This document shows, piece after piece, positions 19,287 to 29,114 of a DNA stretch of 64,000 bases. Source of the stretch: an uncultured Bacilli bacterium (GTDB taxonomy: Bacteria; Bacillota_I; Bacilli_A; RF39; UBA660); the NCBI GenBank assembly GCA_947630575.1, contig CANRIB010000005.1, forward strand, positions 196 to 64,195, written 5' to 3'. The stretch's first letter is position 1. Each line of letters begins with the position of its first letter. The notes beneath the pieces were generated by a model. It had not been told where the DNA came from, searched no databases, and saw only the letters and a list, made by a program, of their open reading frames with translations. The translations under genes and the position numbers were made by a program.

Positions 19287-21052
19287 AAGCCCCCACAGTC
19301 GTCGCCATCATCACTTTGGTTGGTGTCAGCTTCGGCAACACGAATTTTAAATTTTTGGCCTGATACAATAGTATAACCTTTAGGTTTAGATTGATAATAA
19401 ATAGTTCCAGGTTCATATTCATCAGTCGTAATATATTCGATTTCTAAATCAAGTTCATAAGTATCGGCAAAATCTTGAACATCTGTGGTAGTATAAGAAC
19501 CATCTGTAAAATCAGGATAATATCTAATAACATTAGGATAATACAAAATAATTGTTTCCCCAACAGAAAGTTTTTTACCAGCTTCCACAGATTGACCAAT
19601 TATTTCAGTTGGTTCATATTCATGGTCATCATCTTCATCAACATCTTTGGCATCAAGTCGGACAATAAGGCCTAAAGCTTCTAGACGACCTTTTATTTCA
19701 TTATAATTTTCGCCGGTATAATCTTCAATTGTTACTTGAGTATCCCCAATGGATACACGAAGAGATATTTCAGTTCCTTCTTTTCTTTTAGAACCAATTT
19801 CCGGTTTGGTACCAATTACTTTTCCCTCTTCTATTTCCGCGGATGATTCTTCAATATATTCATCTAAAACGATAAAACCTTTATCTTGTAATATTTCAAT
19901 AGCTTTTTTGATTGACATATCAGAAACATCGGGGATGGTTGCTTGTTTACCACTTTTAGTTATAATAGGAATTAAAACAACTACCGATGTTATTCCTACG
20001 ATTAAGCCTGTAAATATAAAGGCTAGTATTATTAATAATCTATTTTGTTTTTTCAAATCGTCACCCGTTATCTTTTTGGCGATAACTTCTTCTTTCTCTT
20101 CTTTTTTCTTTTTTTCATTTGAATCTTCAAGGTCTTTTTCTTTCTCTTTTTTGACCATTTTCATAATTTTAGCATCATCAGTATCAGTTTCTGGATATTT
20201 ATATTCAATAATTGGTTCTAAAGCCCGGGAATCATCTAAACAAGTTTTTAAGTCATCATGCATCTCTCTAGCATCATTATATCTGTTTTTGGGATTTTTA
20301 GCAGTAGCTTTTTTGATAATATTAGCAATAGAATTAGGAACATTAGGAAGTTTTTCTCTAATATCAGGTAAAGGTTCCTTTAAATGTTTTAAAGCAATTT
20401 CAACCGCATTATCACCTTTAAAAGGAAGTTCTCCAGTGATTAGTTCATACATCACAATTCCCATCGAATAAATATCACTTTGGAGAGTTGATCCTTGACC
20501 ACTTGCTTGTTCTGGTGGTAAGTAGTGAACACTGCCCATCACTGAATTAGTTTGAGTAAGCTGGGTAGCATTCATAGCCATCGCAATACCAAAATCAGTA
20601 ATTTTTACTAAACCATTTTCTAAAATCATGATGTTTTGAGGTTTAATATCCCGATGGATAATATATGAGTCATGGGCAACACTCATACCATCGGTGATTT
20701 GCAGCATAATATCTACTGCTTCACTTAGTGTTAATTTACCACGTTTTTTGAGTAAATTTTTTAAGTGTTTTCCTTCAATATACTCCATAACAATATAGTA
20801 TTCACCATTATCTTCACCAACATCATAAACTTCAACTATATTGGGATGGGCAAGACTACTTGCCGCGAGCGCTTCTCTTTGAAAACGTCTTACAAATTTT
20901 TCATCATTAGATAAATCTCCTCTTAAAATTTTAACGGCGACATTTCGATCTAAAATTGTATCATAAGCAAGATAAACATTAGCCATACCACCTTCACCAA
21001 TTGATTTAATTATTTGGTAACGGTCGCTAATTTTTTGCCCTTTCATTATCAC
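19280..21052 (-). CDS. prkC: Ser/Thr protein kinase with PASTA repeats
   Basis: Hanks kinase motifs (GEGGMANVY, HRDIKPQN, DFGIA), a TM segment, and extracellular PASTA-like repeats (IPDVSDMSIKKAIEILQDKGF). Confidence 0.9.
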   Translation of the reverse strand: MIMKGQKISDRYQIIKSIGEGGMANVYLAYDTILDRNVAVKILRGDLSNDEKFVRRFQREALAASSLAHPNIVEVYDVGEDNGEYYIVMEYIEGKHLKNLLKKRGKLTLSEAVDIMLQITDGMSVAHDSYIIHRDIKPQNIMILENGLVKITDFGIAMAMNATQLTQTNSVMGSVHYLPPEQASGQGSTLQSDIYSMGIVMYELITGELPFKGDNAVEIALKHLKEPLPDIREKLPNVPNSIANIIKKATAKNPKNRYNDAREMHDDLKTCLDDSRALEPIIEYKYPETDTDDAKIMKMVKKEKEKDLEDSNEKKKKEEKEEVIAKKITGDDLKKQNRLLIILAFIFTGLIVGITSVVVLIPIITKSGKQATIPDVSDMSIKKAIEILQDKGFIVLDEYIEESSAEIEEGKVIGTKPEIGSKRKEGTEISLRVSIGDTQVTIEDYTGENYNEIKGRLEALGLIVRLDAKDVDEDDDHEYEPTEIIGQSVEAGKKLSVGETIILYYPNVIRYYPDFTDGSYTTTDVQDFADTYELDLEIEYITTDEYEPGTIYYQSKPKGYTIVSGQKFKIRVAEADTNQSDDGDDCGGLC

Positions 21053-21054
21053 AA

Positions 21055-21807
21055 TTATTTACTCCCTTCATTAATAATTAAATACGCGATGGAAATATTA
21101 TCAGTGCCTCCACGAGCATTACATTTACGAATTAATTTACTTACTCTTTCTTCAATATCTAATTCATGGTCATTTAATACTTTTTCAATTTGGTCATTAG
21201 TTAACATATTAGTTAAGCCATCACTACATAAAAGTATAGCATCAATAGTGGTATCAAATTCCACAACATCAAAAATATCCATTTCACATTTTTCAGCAGC
21301 ACCTAAAGCTTTCATTAAAACGTTTTTCTTAGGATGGAATTTTGCTTCTTCTTCAGTTAAATTGCCCGCTTGAACTAGTAAGTTTACTAAAGTATGATCT
21401 TTGGTTACTTTATGTAAACTACCATTTTTCATAACAAAACCAGAAGAATCCCCGATGTTACCAAATATTAAGTAATCTTTAGCTAATAATGCGACAACTA
21501 AAGTTGTACCCATACCTGTAGAATCAGGATTAGCTTCGGCATATTCTAAAATTGATTTATTTATTTCATTCACACTGTCGTTTAACCAATTTACAGCATC
21601 TAGTTTTGAACCAATAGAAGATATTTTATTAAATCTAGTACCTAAAGCGGCGATAGCCATAGAAGATGCGACTTCCCCTTTACGATGTCCACCCATACCA
21701 TCACAAACAATCATTAAATATTCGTTGCTAGCATTTTTTAATATAGTTACACTGTCTTCATTATGAGTTCTTACTCTACCTGTATCGGTTAGATAAAATG
21801 ATTTCAT
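21055..21807 (-). CDS. prpC: PP2C-family Ser/Thr phosphatase
   Basis: 250 aa with TDTGRVRTHNEDS, CDGMGGH and GGTDNIS motifs. Confidence 0.9.
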   Translation of the reverse strand: MKSFYLTDTGRVRTHNEDSVTILKNASNEYLMIVCDGMGGHRKGEVASSMAIAALGTRFNKISSIGSKLDAVNWLNDSVNEINKSILEYAEANPDSTGMGTTLVVALLAKDYLIFGNIGDSSGFVMKNGSLHKVTKDHTLVNLLVQAGNLTEEEAKFHPKKNVLMKALGAAEKCEMDIFDVVEFDTTIDAILLCSDGLTNMLTNDQIEKVLNDHELDIEERVSKLIRKCNARGGTDNISIAYLIINEGSK

Positions 21808-22829
21808 ATTTTATTCATACTCCCTCTTAACTGACCACAGGCAGCATCAATATTGGAACCAAATTCGCGCCTAATAGTACAGTTTATACCCGCCTTTTTA
21901 AGTGTATCATAAAAAGCCATGATTTTATTTTTACTACTTCGTTTAAAATCGCCCGAATTAGTTTCATTATAAGGAATTAAATTAACATAGACGTTCATTC
22001 CTTTTAAAAGTTGAGCTAATTCTAAAGCATTATTCAAACTATCATTTACATTATCTAGCATAACATATTCTATAGTAACTCGTCTACTAGTAACTTTCAA
22101 ATAATCTTTAATTGCCGTGATTAAAGCCTCAATATTATACACTTTGTTTACAGGCATAAGTTCGCTCCGGAGTTTATCATTGGAAGCATGAAGAGATATC
22201 GCAAGATTGATTTGTAAAGGAAAGGTACTTAATTCATATATTTTGGGAATTAAACCAGAAGTAGATAAAGTTATATGACGAGCCCCGATTTGAAGTCCTT
22301 TGGCATCATTGATTATTTTAATAAAACGAATTATATTATCATAATTATCTAAAGGTTCCCCTATACCCATGATAACGACACTGCTAAGACGAATATTTAA
22401 ATCTTTTTCAATTACTAGTATTTGTTCGACAATTTCATAAGCTTCTAAATTTCGCACTTTTTTTAATTTACCAGAAGCACAAAATTTACAACCCATATTA
22501 CAACCAACTTGACTAGAAACACATATAGAATTACCATAATCATGAAACATAACTACAGCTTCAATAAAATTATCATCAAAAAGGCGAAATAGATATTTTT
22601 TGGTTAGTTCATCTTCTTGCTTTCTTTCTATTTTAATTAAATTAGTATTAAAATCTTCTTGTAATTTATTTTGAATTTCTTTTTTAATATTAGAAAAATT
22701 AGCAATATTAAATTCTCTTTTTTGATATAACCAATCATAAACTTGCTCGGCTTTAAATTTCTTTTCCCCAATGCTTAAAAAATAGGCTTCTAATTCTTCT
22801 TTAGTTAAATCAAATAAATTTCTTTGCAT
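21804..22829 (-). CDS. rlmN: 23S rRNA/tRNA adenine-C2 methyltransferase RlmN (radical SAM)
   Basis: 341 aa with CxxxCxxC (CNMGCKFC) and C-terminal DIDAACGQL. Confidence 0.9.
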   Translation of the reverse strand: MQRNLFDLTKEELEAYFLSIGEKKFKAEQVYDWLYQKREFNIANFSNIKKEIQNKLQEDFNTNLIKIERKQEDELTKKYLFRLFDDNFIEAVVMFHDYGNSICVSSQVGCNMGCKFCASGKLKKVRNLEAYEIVEQILVIEKDLNIRLSSVVIMGIGEPLDNYDNIIRFIKIINDAKGLQIGARHITLSTSGLIPKIYELSTFPLQINLAISLHASNDKLRSELMPVNKVYNIEALITAIKDYLKVTSRRVTIEYVMLDNVNDSLNNALELAQLLKGMNVYVNLIPYNETNSGDFKRSSKNKIMAFYDTLKKAGINCTIRREFGSNIDAACGQLRGSMNKI

Positions 22830-22839
22830 AGTTGCCTCC

Positions 22840-23529
22840 TTAATTATAAGTTAAAGTATATTGGTAATTAGGACCTTGAATAGTAATAAGTTTTAAATTA
22901 TAAGTCGTATTTTCAAACTCTATTTGATAAGTTATGTTGTCTTTAATACTTTCATATAAGTAATTATTATTAATGTTACTAGGATTTAATTTAAATTCTA
23001 AAGTCGAGATTAATGATTCTAAATAGCTTAAATCTAAATAAGTAGAATCGATATTTTCATATAAATTAGTTATAGGAGTACGTCCCATAGTTGTTTCAGA
23101 GTAAACTCCGGTGCTATCAATAACATATTTTAAAGTACCAGTAGGACTTTCTTTATATCCTGTATCAGTTAAGGTATTTTTAGTACCATTATAAATATAT
23201 TTAATATTATCAATCACTATTTCATATTTATATGTATATTCGTTAGATATTAGTTTATTTTTAGCAGTTAAATAAGTATCAAGAGTTAATATTTCAGAAG
23301 GTAAATTTTCTTCTTCTGGTTTTATTGGTTCTTCAATGGAAGGTTTAGTTTCTTCTTTGGGTTTAGCTAAATTATCTTCAGAAATAAATGAGGCAATTAA
23401 ACAAAATATTATGATTATGATAAAAAATATAGTCCAATAAATAAGTTTTAAAATAGCTTTACCTTTAGGGGTTTTCTTTAAATTTTTTATTTTTTCAGGA
23501 AATTTAGAAGAACTTTTTTTACTACTCAT
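22840..23529 (-). CDS. Membrane-anchored hypothetical protein
   Basis: 229 aa with one N-terminal TM (IYWTIFFIIIIIFCLIASFI). Sits where rsmB lies in the Bacillus fmt-rsmB-rlmN arrangement. Confidence 0.55.
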   Translation of the reverse strand: MSSKKSSSKFPEKIKNLKKTPKGKAILKLIYWTIFFIIIIIFCLIASFISEDNLAKPKEETKPSIEEPIKPEEENLPSEILTLDTYLTAKNKLISNEYTYKYEIVIDNIKYIYNGTKNTLTDTGYKESPTGTLKYVIDSTGVYSETTMGRTPITNLYENIDSTYLDLSYLESLISTLEFKLNPSNINNNYLYESIKDNITYQIEFENTTYNLKLITIQGPNYQYTLTYN

Positions 23530-23540
23530 TTATATAACAC

Positions 23541-24473
23541 CTACTTTACTATAACACCTAATAAATTTTCTTTTTTAAGACCATTTAAATAGTCTTTTAC
23601 TAACATAGCTTTTTTGCCACTGGGTTTTATTTTGGTTAAATAATATATTTTATCTTGACAGGCAATTCCAATGGCATCTTTTTTGATAGTAACAATTTTA
23701 CCGGGAGTTTCTTTTGTTTCTTCACCAATATATCCTTCGATGGCTTTTATTTCTTCATTATTTAAAATAAAATTTGCTAAAGGCCACGAATTAAGACCAC
23801 GAATATGATTAAATATTTCTCTGGCAGTTTTATTAAAATCTAAATGTTCATCGCTTCTTTTAATAATTTTAGCATAAGTAGCAAGTTCATTATTTTGTTT
23901 AAGGCGAAGAGCAGTACCATCGGCAATTTTAGGTAAAACTTCTAATAATAAATCTGCCCCGAGAATACTTAATTTATCATGCATAGTTGCGACTGTATCA
24001 GAATCTTTAATAGGAATTTCTTTGGTAGCAATAATATCACCTGTATCCATGCCAACATCCATATACATGATAGTTACACCAGTTTTTGCATCACCATTTA
24101 TAATAGCGCGATGGATGGGAGCCCCTCCACGATATTTAGGGAGAATTGATGCATGAACATTAATGCAACCTAAACGGGGAATATTTAAAACTTCAAGAGG
24201 AACTATTTGACCATAAGCACAGGTAACAATTAAATCGGGTTCGTATTTTTTTAATTCAGCATAATCAGTACTTATTTTTAAGGGTTGAAAAAGAGGAATA
24301 TTATTTTCGAGAGCAAGCTTTTTGATGGGTGAAAAAATTATTTCTTTTTTGCGTCCTACTTCTTTATCAGACTGAGTAACCACTAACATCACTTGTGTAT
24401 TTTTAATCAATGTTTCTAATATTGGACAAGCAAATTCAGGAGTTCCCATAAAAATAACTTTGAGATTTTGCAT
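23541..24473 (-). CDS. fmt: Methionyl-tRNA formyltransferase
   Basis: FMGTPEFA, HASILPKYRGGAPI motifs. ATG at 24473 is preceded by AGGTGA; the track start at 24482 is a GTG inside the SD. Confidence 0.9.
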   Translation of the reverse strand: MQNLKVIFMGTPEFACPILETLIKNTQVMLVVTQSDKEVGRKKEIIFSPIKKLALENNIPLFQPLKISTDYAELKKYEPDLIVTCAYGQIVPLEVLNIPRLGCINVHASILPKYRGGAPIHRAIINGDAKTGVTIMYMDVGMDTGDIIATKEIPIKDSDTVATMHDKLSILGADLLLEVLPKIADGTALRLKQNNELATYAKIIKRSDEHLDFNKTAREIFNHIRGLNSWPLANFILNNEEIKAIEGYIGEETKETPGKIVTIKKDAIGIACQDKIYYLTKIKPSGKKAMLVKDYLNGLKKENLLGVIVK

Positions 24474-24520
24474 AAATATCACCTATTATTATTATAACAC
24501 GAAAAAGATATGAAAAAAAG

Positions 24521-24946
24521 CTATTTTAAACTTTCTAAAATAGCTTTTTCTAAGCCTCTAAATGGTAGAGTGGCACAGGTTTTCCGATTGCCTTGTTTGT
24601 AAATATCATTATAAGCATTACCATCTTTTAATAATTCTTCATTATAAATATCACCATTAGTCATATGATAGAAGTTATGAATATAGTCTAGGGCTTCTTC
24701 TTTAGTTTTACCAATTAAATTATTAATCATTACGGATGTTGCAGATATAGATATAGCACAAGCTTCCCCATCAAAGGTTATATCTTTAATCAAATCACCC
24801 TCAAATTTAATATAAATATCTAAATTATCTATACAACTAGCATTATTAGTATTTATTTTAAGATAGCTTTTATCTTCCGTTCTATAACGATTTAAGGGAT
24901 TTTGATAGTTTTCCATAATAATTGCTCTTTTTGTTTCTTGATCCAT
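24521..24946 (-). CDS. sufU: Fe-S cluster assembly scaffold/sulfur acceptor SufU
   Basis: 141 aa with NifU-like conserved Cys residues (NASCIDN, GEACAIS, KTCATL). Confidence 0.85.
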   Translation of the reverse strand: MDQETKRAIIMENYQNPLNRYRTEDKSYLKINTNNASCIDNLDIYIKFEGDLIKDITFDGEACAISISATSVMINNLIGKTKEEALDYIHNFYHMTNGDIYNEELLKDGNAYNDIYKQGNRKTCATLPFRGLEKAILESLK

Positions 24947-26143
24947 TTATATCATCTCTTTTACTATTCGATTATAATCACTTAATAATTCTACTAAGTT
25001 ATCTATTTCTTCGTAAGTATTATAAAAATATAAGCTTACTCTTACTGTACTATTAACTCCAACACTGGATTTTAATATTTTAGCACAATGATTACCAGCT
25101 CGAACACAAATATTATATTTATTTAAATAATAGGCAACATCTTGGCTAAATACTTTATTTACATTGAACGCGACTATGCCAGAATCACTTTCAAAATTAA
25201 TAATATCAATATGTTTTATGGGTAATAATCTATCTATTAAATACTTTCTTAGTTGGTGTTCTTGTTCCCCTATTTTATCCATGCCAATTTTATTTAAGTA
25301 TTTGATTGCTTCCCCAAGGCCAATAACACCGGCGATATTTTGAGTCCCAGCTTCAAGTCGGGTTGGAAGAGGTTTTAAATAAACTTCGTCAGGATTATCA
25401 AAAGATTCGTTCATTCCTCCTCCAAGATTAATAGGTTCTAAATGTTCTAATAATTCTTTTTTGCCATATAGTACTCCTACTCCCGTTGGTCCACACATTT
25501 TATGACCAGAAAAGGCAAGAAAATCAAGGTCTAAATCTTGAACATCAACCTTAATATGGGGAACCATTTGGGCCCCATCAACAACCATAAAGATATTGTT
25601 ATCATGAGCTAGTTTAGATATTTCTTTTATTGGTCTTTTATCCCCGATTACATTGGTAATGCCGGCAAGACTAATAACTTTAGTTTTAGGAGTTAGAGCT
25701 TTTTTAACATTATCTAGAGTAACATAATAATTATCGTCTAAAGGAATATAATTAACTTTAATACCTAATTTATTTACAAGATGGAACCAAGGAAGAACAT
25801 TTGAGGCATGTTCACTAGTTGTAATTAAAACTTCATCTCCCGCTTCTAATAAATTTCCAAAAAAGCCATTTACAATCATATTTAAACTTTCAGTTGTGCC
25901 ACTTGTAAACACGACTTCTTCTAAATATTCAGCATTGATAAATTCTTTAACAAGTTCTCTCGCTCCTTCATATTCTTGGTTAACTTTAAAAGATAAATCA
26001 TAATCACCACGATGGGCATTCGCGGGATAATTATTGTAATAATCATTCATTTTTTCAATCACGGATGTCGGTTTTAGGCTAGTAGCACTATTGTCAAAAT
26101 ATATAATATCTTCTTTTAATAAAGGAAAATCTTCTCTATTCAT
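24947..26143 (-). CDS. sufS: Cysteine desulfurase SufS
   Basis: 398-aa class V aminotransferase with SGHKMCGPTG (PLP Lys) and RAGNHCA active-site Cys. Confidence 0.9.
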   Translation of the reverse strand: MNREDFPLLKEDIIYFDNSATSLKPTSVIEKMNDYYNNYPANAHRGDYDLSFKVNQEYEGARELVKEFINAEYLEEVVFTSGTTESLNMIVNGFFGNLLEAGDEVLITTSEHASNVLPWFHLVNKLGIKVNYIPLDDNYYVTLDNVKKALTPKTKVISLAGITNVIGDKRPIKEISKLAHDNNIFMVVDGAQMVPHIKVDVQDLDLDFLAFSGHKMCGPTGVGVLYGKKELLEHLEPINLGGGMNESFDNPDEVYLKPLPTRLEAGTQNIAGVIGLGEAIKYLNKIGMDKIGEQEHQLRKYLIDRLLPIKHIDIINFESDSGIVAFNVNKVFSQDVAYYLNKYNICVRAGNHCAKILKSSVGVNSTVRVSLYFYNTYEEIDNLVELLSDYNRIVKEMI

Positions 26144-26807
26144 TTATATTCACCTCCATTTTTATTTGTTCTTGATATTTTTCATTTATAAAATTGGTAG
26201 TAAAGCTTTCTAATAATAATTTTTGAGAGGCATTTAAACTTAAACCTTTGCTCATTAAATAAAATAATTCGTCGGGATTATAAGAACTAATGGTAACTTT
26301 ATGATTAGCGATTACTTCATTAGTATTAATTATCATATTGGGACTTATTTTAATAGTATCATTTTTAGTTATTAAACCTTTTAAATTTTCATTTAATTCA
26401 TTATCATAAGTATTTTCTTTTACAATACCATCACAAACAATATTAACTTTACTATCTTTAGTTTTATTAATAACATGAATCGTGATACTTGCAAAGCTTG
26501 CGTTACCAAGCATATTTAAAGTAATAACTATATTATTTATTCCTTCATTGATAATTAAATAATTTAAAGTTAATTCATTATTATTATGGGTATTGATAGT
26601 TAAATTTAAGTCTTTATTAGTGATACTAATAAAGTCCCCTTTTAATAGAGCTAAATCTTCTAGATTTATATTTAAATTATGATTTTCAGTATCATAATTA
26701 AATAAAGAAACATCCCCGTTAATTTCTAGGTTAGAATCCTTATGATACTCTAAAATATAAGTACCTGTTTTTATTTTATTATCCTCTGCCAATAATAGTT
26801 TATTCAT
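26136..26807 (-). CDS. sufD: Short SufB/SufD-family protein
   Basis: 223 aa with C-terminal DELFYLMSKGLSLNASQKLLLESF typical of SufB/D. Far shorter than canonical SufB/SufD. Confidence 0.65.
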   Translation of the reverse strand: MNKLLLAEDNKIKTGTYILEYHKDSNLEINGDVSLFNYDTENHNLNINLEDLALLKGDFISITNKDLNLTINTHNNNELTLNYLIINEGINNIVITLNMLGNASFASITIHVINKTKDSKVNIVCDGIVKENTYDNELNENLKGLITKNDTIKISPNMIINTNEVIANHKVTISSYNPDELFYLMSKGLSLNASQKLLLESFTTNFINEKYQEQIKMEVNINE

Positions 26808-27552
26808 TTAAATCAGTCCCATTAATTGTAGTTGCCCCAAATCCTGAAGTTTCTATTTTTTGAACAAGATTTTGATTACCATTTTCGATAATTGTACCTT
26901 CTTTCATAACATGAACTTGATAATCTGAAAAATATTTTAAGATATCAGCATGATGGGTTACTATTAAAATGGAAGGTTTATATTTATCATAATAATTTTT
27001 TAGGGCTTCCCCAACAGTTTTTAAAGCATCAACATCAAGGCCAGAATCTATTTCATCGAGGATAATAAATTTCGGTTCTAGAATAAATAATTGTAACAAT
27101 TCATTTTTCTTTTTTTCGCCACCACTCATATTATAATTAATATCACGGTGAACAAATGATTTAGGTAAATTAATAATATTACATATTTCATTTAATTTTT
27201 TATTAAATTCAAATATATCTACACGTGTATTTGTTCTTTCTGCTAAAGCATTTCGAAGCATTTCTGCGTTAGTTATGCCCTCTATTTCAATAGGATTTTG
27301 ATTTAATAAAAAAAAGCCTTTTCTACTAATAGATGTAGTATCTAAATCTTTAATAGATTCATTATTATAAATAATATCACCTTTGGTAACTAAATAATCA
27401 GGGTGAGAGAGTAAAACTTTGCAAATAGTACTTTTACCCGTGCCATTAGGTCCCATTAAAACATGAATTTCACCATCATTTATAGTTAAATTTAAATCAT
27501 GAATTATTGTTTTATCTAAAGATTTAACTTCTAAATCTGTAATTTTTAGCAT
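26800..27552 (-). CDS. sufC: Fe-S cluster assembly ATPase SufC
   Basis: 250 aa with Walker A GPNGTGKST, signature MSGGEKKK and Walker B IILDEIDSGLD. Confidence 0.9.
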   Translation of the reverse strand: MLKITDLEVKSLDKTIIHDLNLTINDGEIHVLMGPNGTGKSTICKVLLSHPDYLVTKGDIIYNNESIKDLDTTSISRKGFFLLNQNPIEIEGITNAEMLRNALAERTNTRVDIFEFNKKLNEICNIINLPKSFVHRDINYNMSGGEKKKNELLQLFILEPKFIILDEIDSGLDVDALKTVGEALKNYYDKYKPSILIVTHHADILKYFSDYQVHVMKEGTIIENGNQNLVQKIETSGFGATTINGTDLNE

Positions 27553-27602
27553 AATAAACCACCAAACTTATTTTATCACATTATAAATAGTTTTTCTACT
27601 GA

Positions 27603-28418
27603 TTATTTAATTAGTTTTAGCTTAGGAGCGACATTTTTTTCGACTTTTTTCAAAAGAAATCTTACTTCGGCATTTAAATCGATGTTACTTTTGGAATTAA
27701 AGCCATTGATAGTTATTAGGGGCTCAGCATTTTCTTTTAAACTAATATTTATAGTGATATCCCCTATTTTTTTACTGTATTGTTTAAAATATACTTCCCC
27801 TTGAGTTAGTTTTTCTTCTTCAAAAATTTTGTAGTCATCTCCTAAAATATCATAAATAATGAGATTAGTGTCTTTAGTATAATTATAAGGTTCGTTTTGT
27901 TGCCAATGATAAAAGTAATTATAATATATATTTTCTAAATCTAGGATAGTACTATAATAAGTAAGACTTTTTAGAATATTAGGATTAATAGTTTTATTGG
28001 TTTCAATAGGTATTTCTAATTTATATATACGATCGTTAATTTGTCTTGATAAGGCTATTTTATGGACTTTAAACTCTTCTAGTATTTGTTTATCATAATA
28101 GTATATTTGAATTAATCTGATATCAGTTCCTTCAGTAATATAGTTATGTCTAAATAAATAATGAATATTATTATAAGTAACACTGATATTTTGTTCATTG
28201 GTTGTTATTTCCATTTTAGTTTTATTTTTAAATATAACTTTTAATTTTATCGTCCCATTTTCACAAGTATAATTAGATAAGCCAAAGCTTGTTTCACCAC
28301 TTAAAAGAAAGCTTAAATTATAAATCATTAAGCAATAATAGTCAGAACTTTCGAGAATTTCGGAGTTTTTAACTTGAAATTTTGATATATCATTATAAAA
28401 TCTATAATTTAAATTCAT
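27603..28418 (-). CDS. Hypothetical protein (no TM, beta-rich, Tyr/Asn-rich)
   Basis: 271-aa ORF with no recognisable motif. Co-oriented and tightly spaced with 28447..28869. Confidence 0.5.
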   Translation of the reverse strand: MNLNYRFYNDISKFQVKNSEILESSDYYCLMIYNLSFLLSGETSFGLSNYTCENGTIKLKVIFKNKTKMEITTNEQNISVTYNNIHYLFRHNYITEGTDIRLIQIYYYDKQILEEFKVHKIALSRQINDRIYKLEIPIETNKTINPNILKSLTYYSTILDLENIYYNYFYHWQQNEPYNYTKDTNLIIYDILGDDYKIFEEEKLTQGEVYFKQYSKKIGDITINISLKENAEPLITINGFNSKSNIDLNAEVRFLLKKVEKNVAPKLKLIK

Positions 28419-28446
28419 TTAAGACACCCTTTCAAGAAAAAATATG

Positions 28447-28869
28447 TTACTTGTTTCCTTGTAACATATTTAGTAAATCAATTTTAAATTTATCTTTAGA
28501 TGCATTAGCTTTAGAAATCATTATACCTTTGTAGGTTGTAAGTTCACTCATATGTCCTTCAAGTAATATTTCGGTTGGTGTGATAGTATCTAACATGATA
28601 GTACCTTCTTTTAAATAAACGGTATAAAATAATTTGACTTCACCATGAACTGCGGCAAACATTTTATCACTTGGTAATTTAAGTTCATATTTTTCTGTAT
28701 GTTCTTTTTTGTTAGTACTTACTAGTTCCCCGACAAAGTTTCCATTACGTAGTGCAGGATAATAATCAAAGTTTAATTTTTTAAAAGCTAACATATTGTA
28801 TTTTTTTAATGCTCTTTCTAGTTTTTTAAACTCATTTTCATTAACGTAATCTAATACATAACCTTTCAT
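28447..28869 (-). CDS. Hypothetical protein
   Basis: 140-aa ORF preceded by GGGGGG SD and two tandem consensus promoters. Confidence 0.55.
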   Translation of the reverse strand: MKGYVLDYVNENEFKKLERALKKYNMLAFKKLNFDYYPALRNGNFVGELVSTNKKEHTEKYELKLPSDKMFAAVHGEVKLFYTVYLKEGTIMLDTITPTEILLEGHMSELTTYKGIMISKANASKDKFKIDLLNMLQGNK

Positions 28870-28900
28870 AAATATAACCCCCTATTTCAATTACGCTTTA

Positions 28901-28929
28901 ATTATAGCATATTTTATTCTTTTTGTCAA
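28901..28929 (-). promoter_or_regulatory. Consensus sigma-A promoter P1
   Basis: Minus strand TTGACA (28924..28929), 17 nt, TATAAT (28901..28906). Confidence 0.7.
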
Positions 28930-28994
28930 ATTCGCGTCAATTCTCAGAGCTATTGTAATCTAAATATTGACTATTTTTTATCTCTGATAACTAA

Positions 28995-29023
28995 ATTATA
29001 CCACATTTGTACGTTTTTGTCAA
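28995..29023 (-). promoter_or_regulatory. Consensus sigma-A promoter P2 (extended -10)
   Basis: Minus strand TTGACA (29018..29023), 17 nt, TGGTATAAT (28995..29003). Confidence 0.7.
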
Positions 29024-29051
29024 ATTAGGGAGATTTATAATTCAATTTAAT

Positions 29052-29080
29052 TAAAGGTATATTGCATAACAAATAATTAA
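29052..29080 (+). promoter_or_regulatory. Sigma-A promoter for the sortase gene
   Basis: TTGCAT, 17 nt, TGTTATAAT on the plus strand, ~35 nt upstream of the ATG at 29115. Confidence 0.65.
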
Positions 29081-29114
29081 ATGTTATAATACAACAAAAA
29101 GCGAGGTAAGAATA

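Noticed and set aside
19749-20471. 240-aa plus-strand ORF antisense to prkC.
   Set aside because: It lies entirely within the conserved kinase/juxtamembrane region of prkC. The Ser/Phe/Ile-rich translation has no motifs. Its length reflects codon bias of the opposite strand rather than coding.
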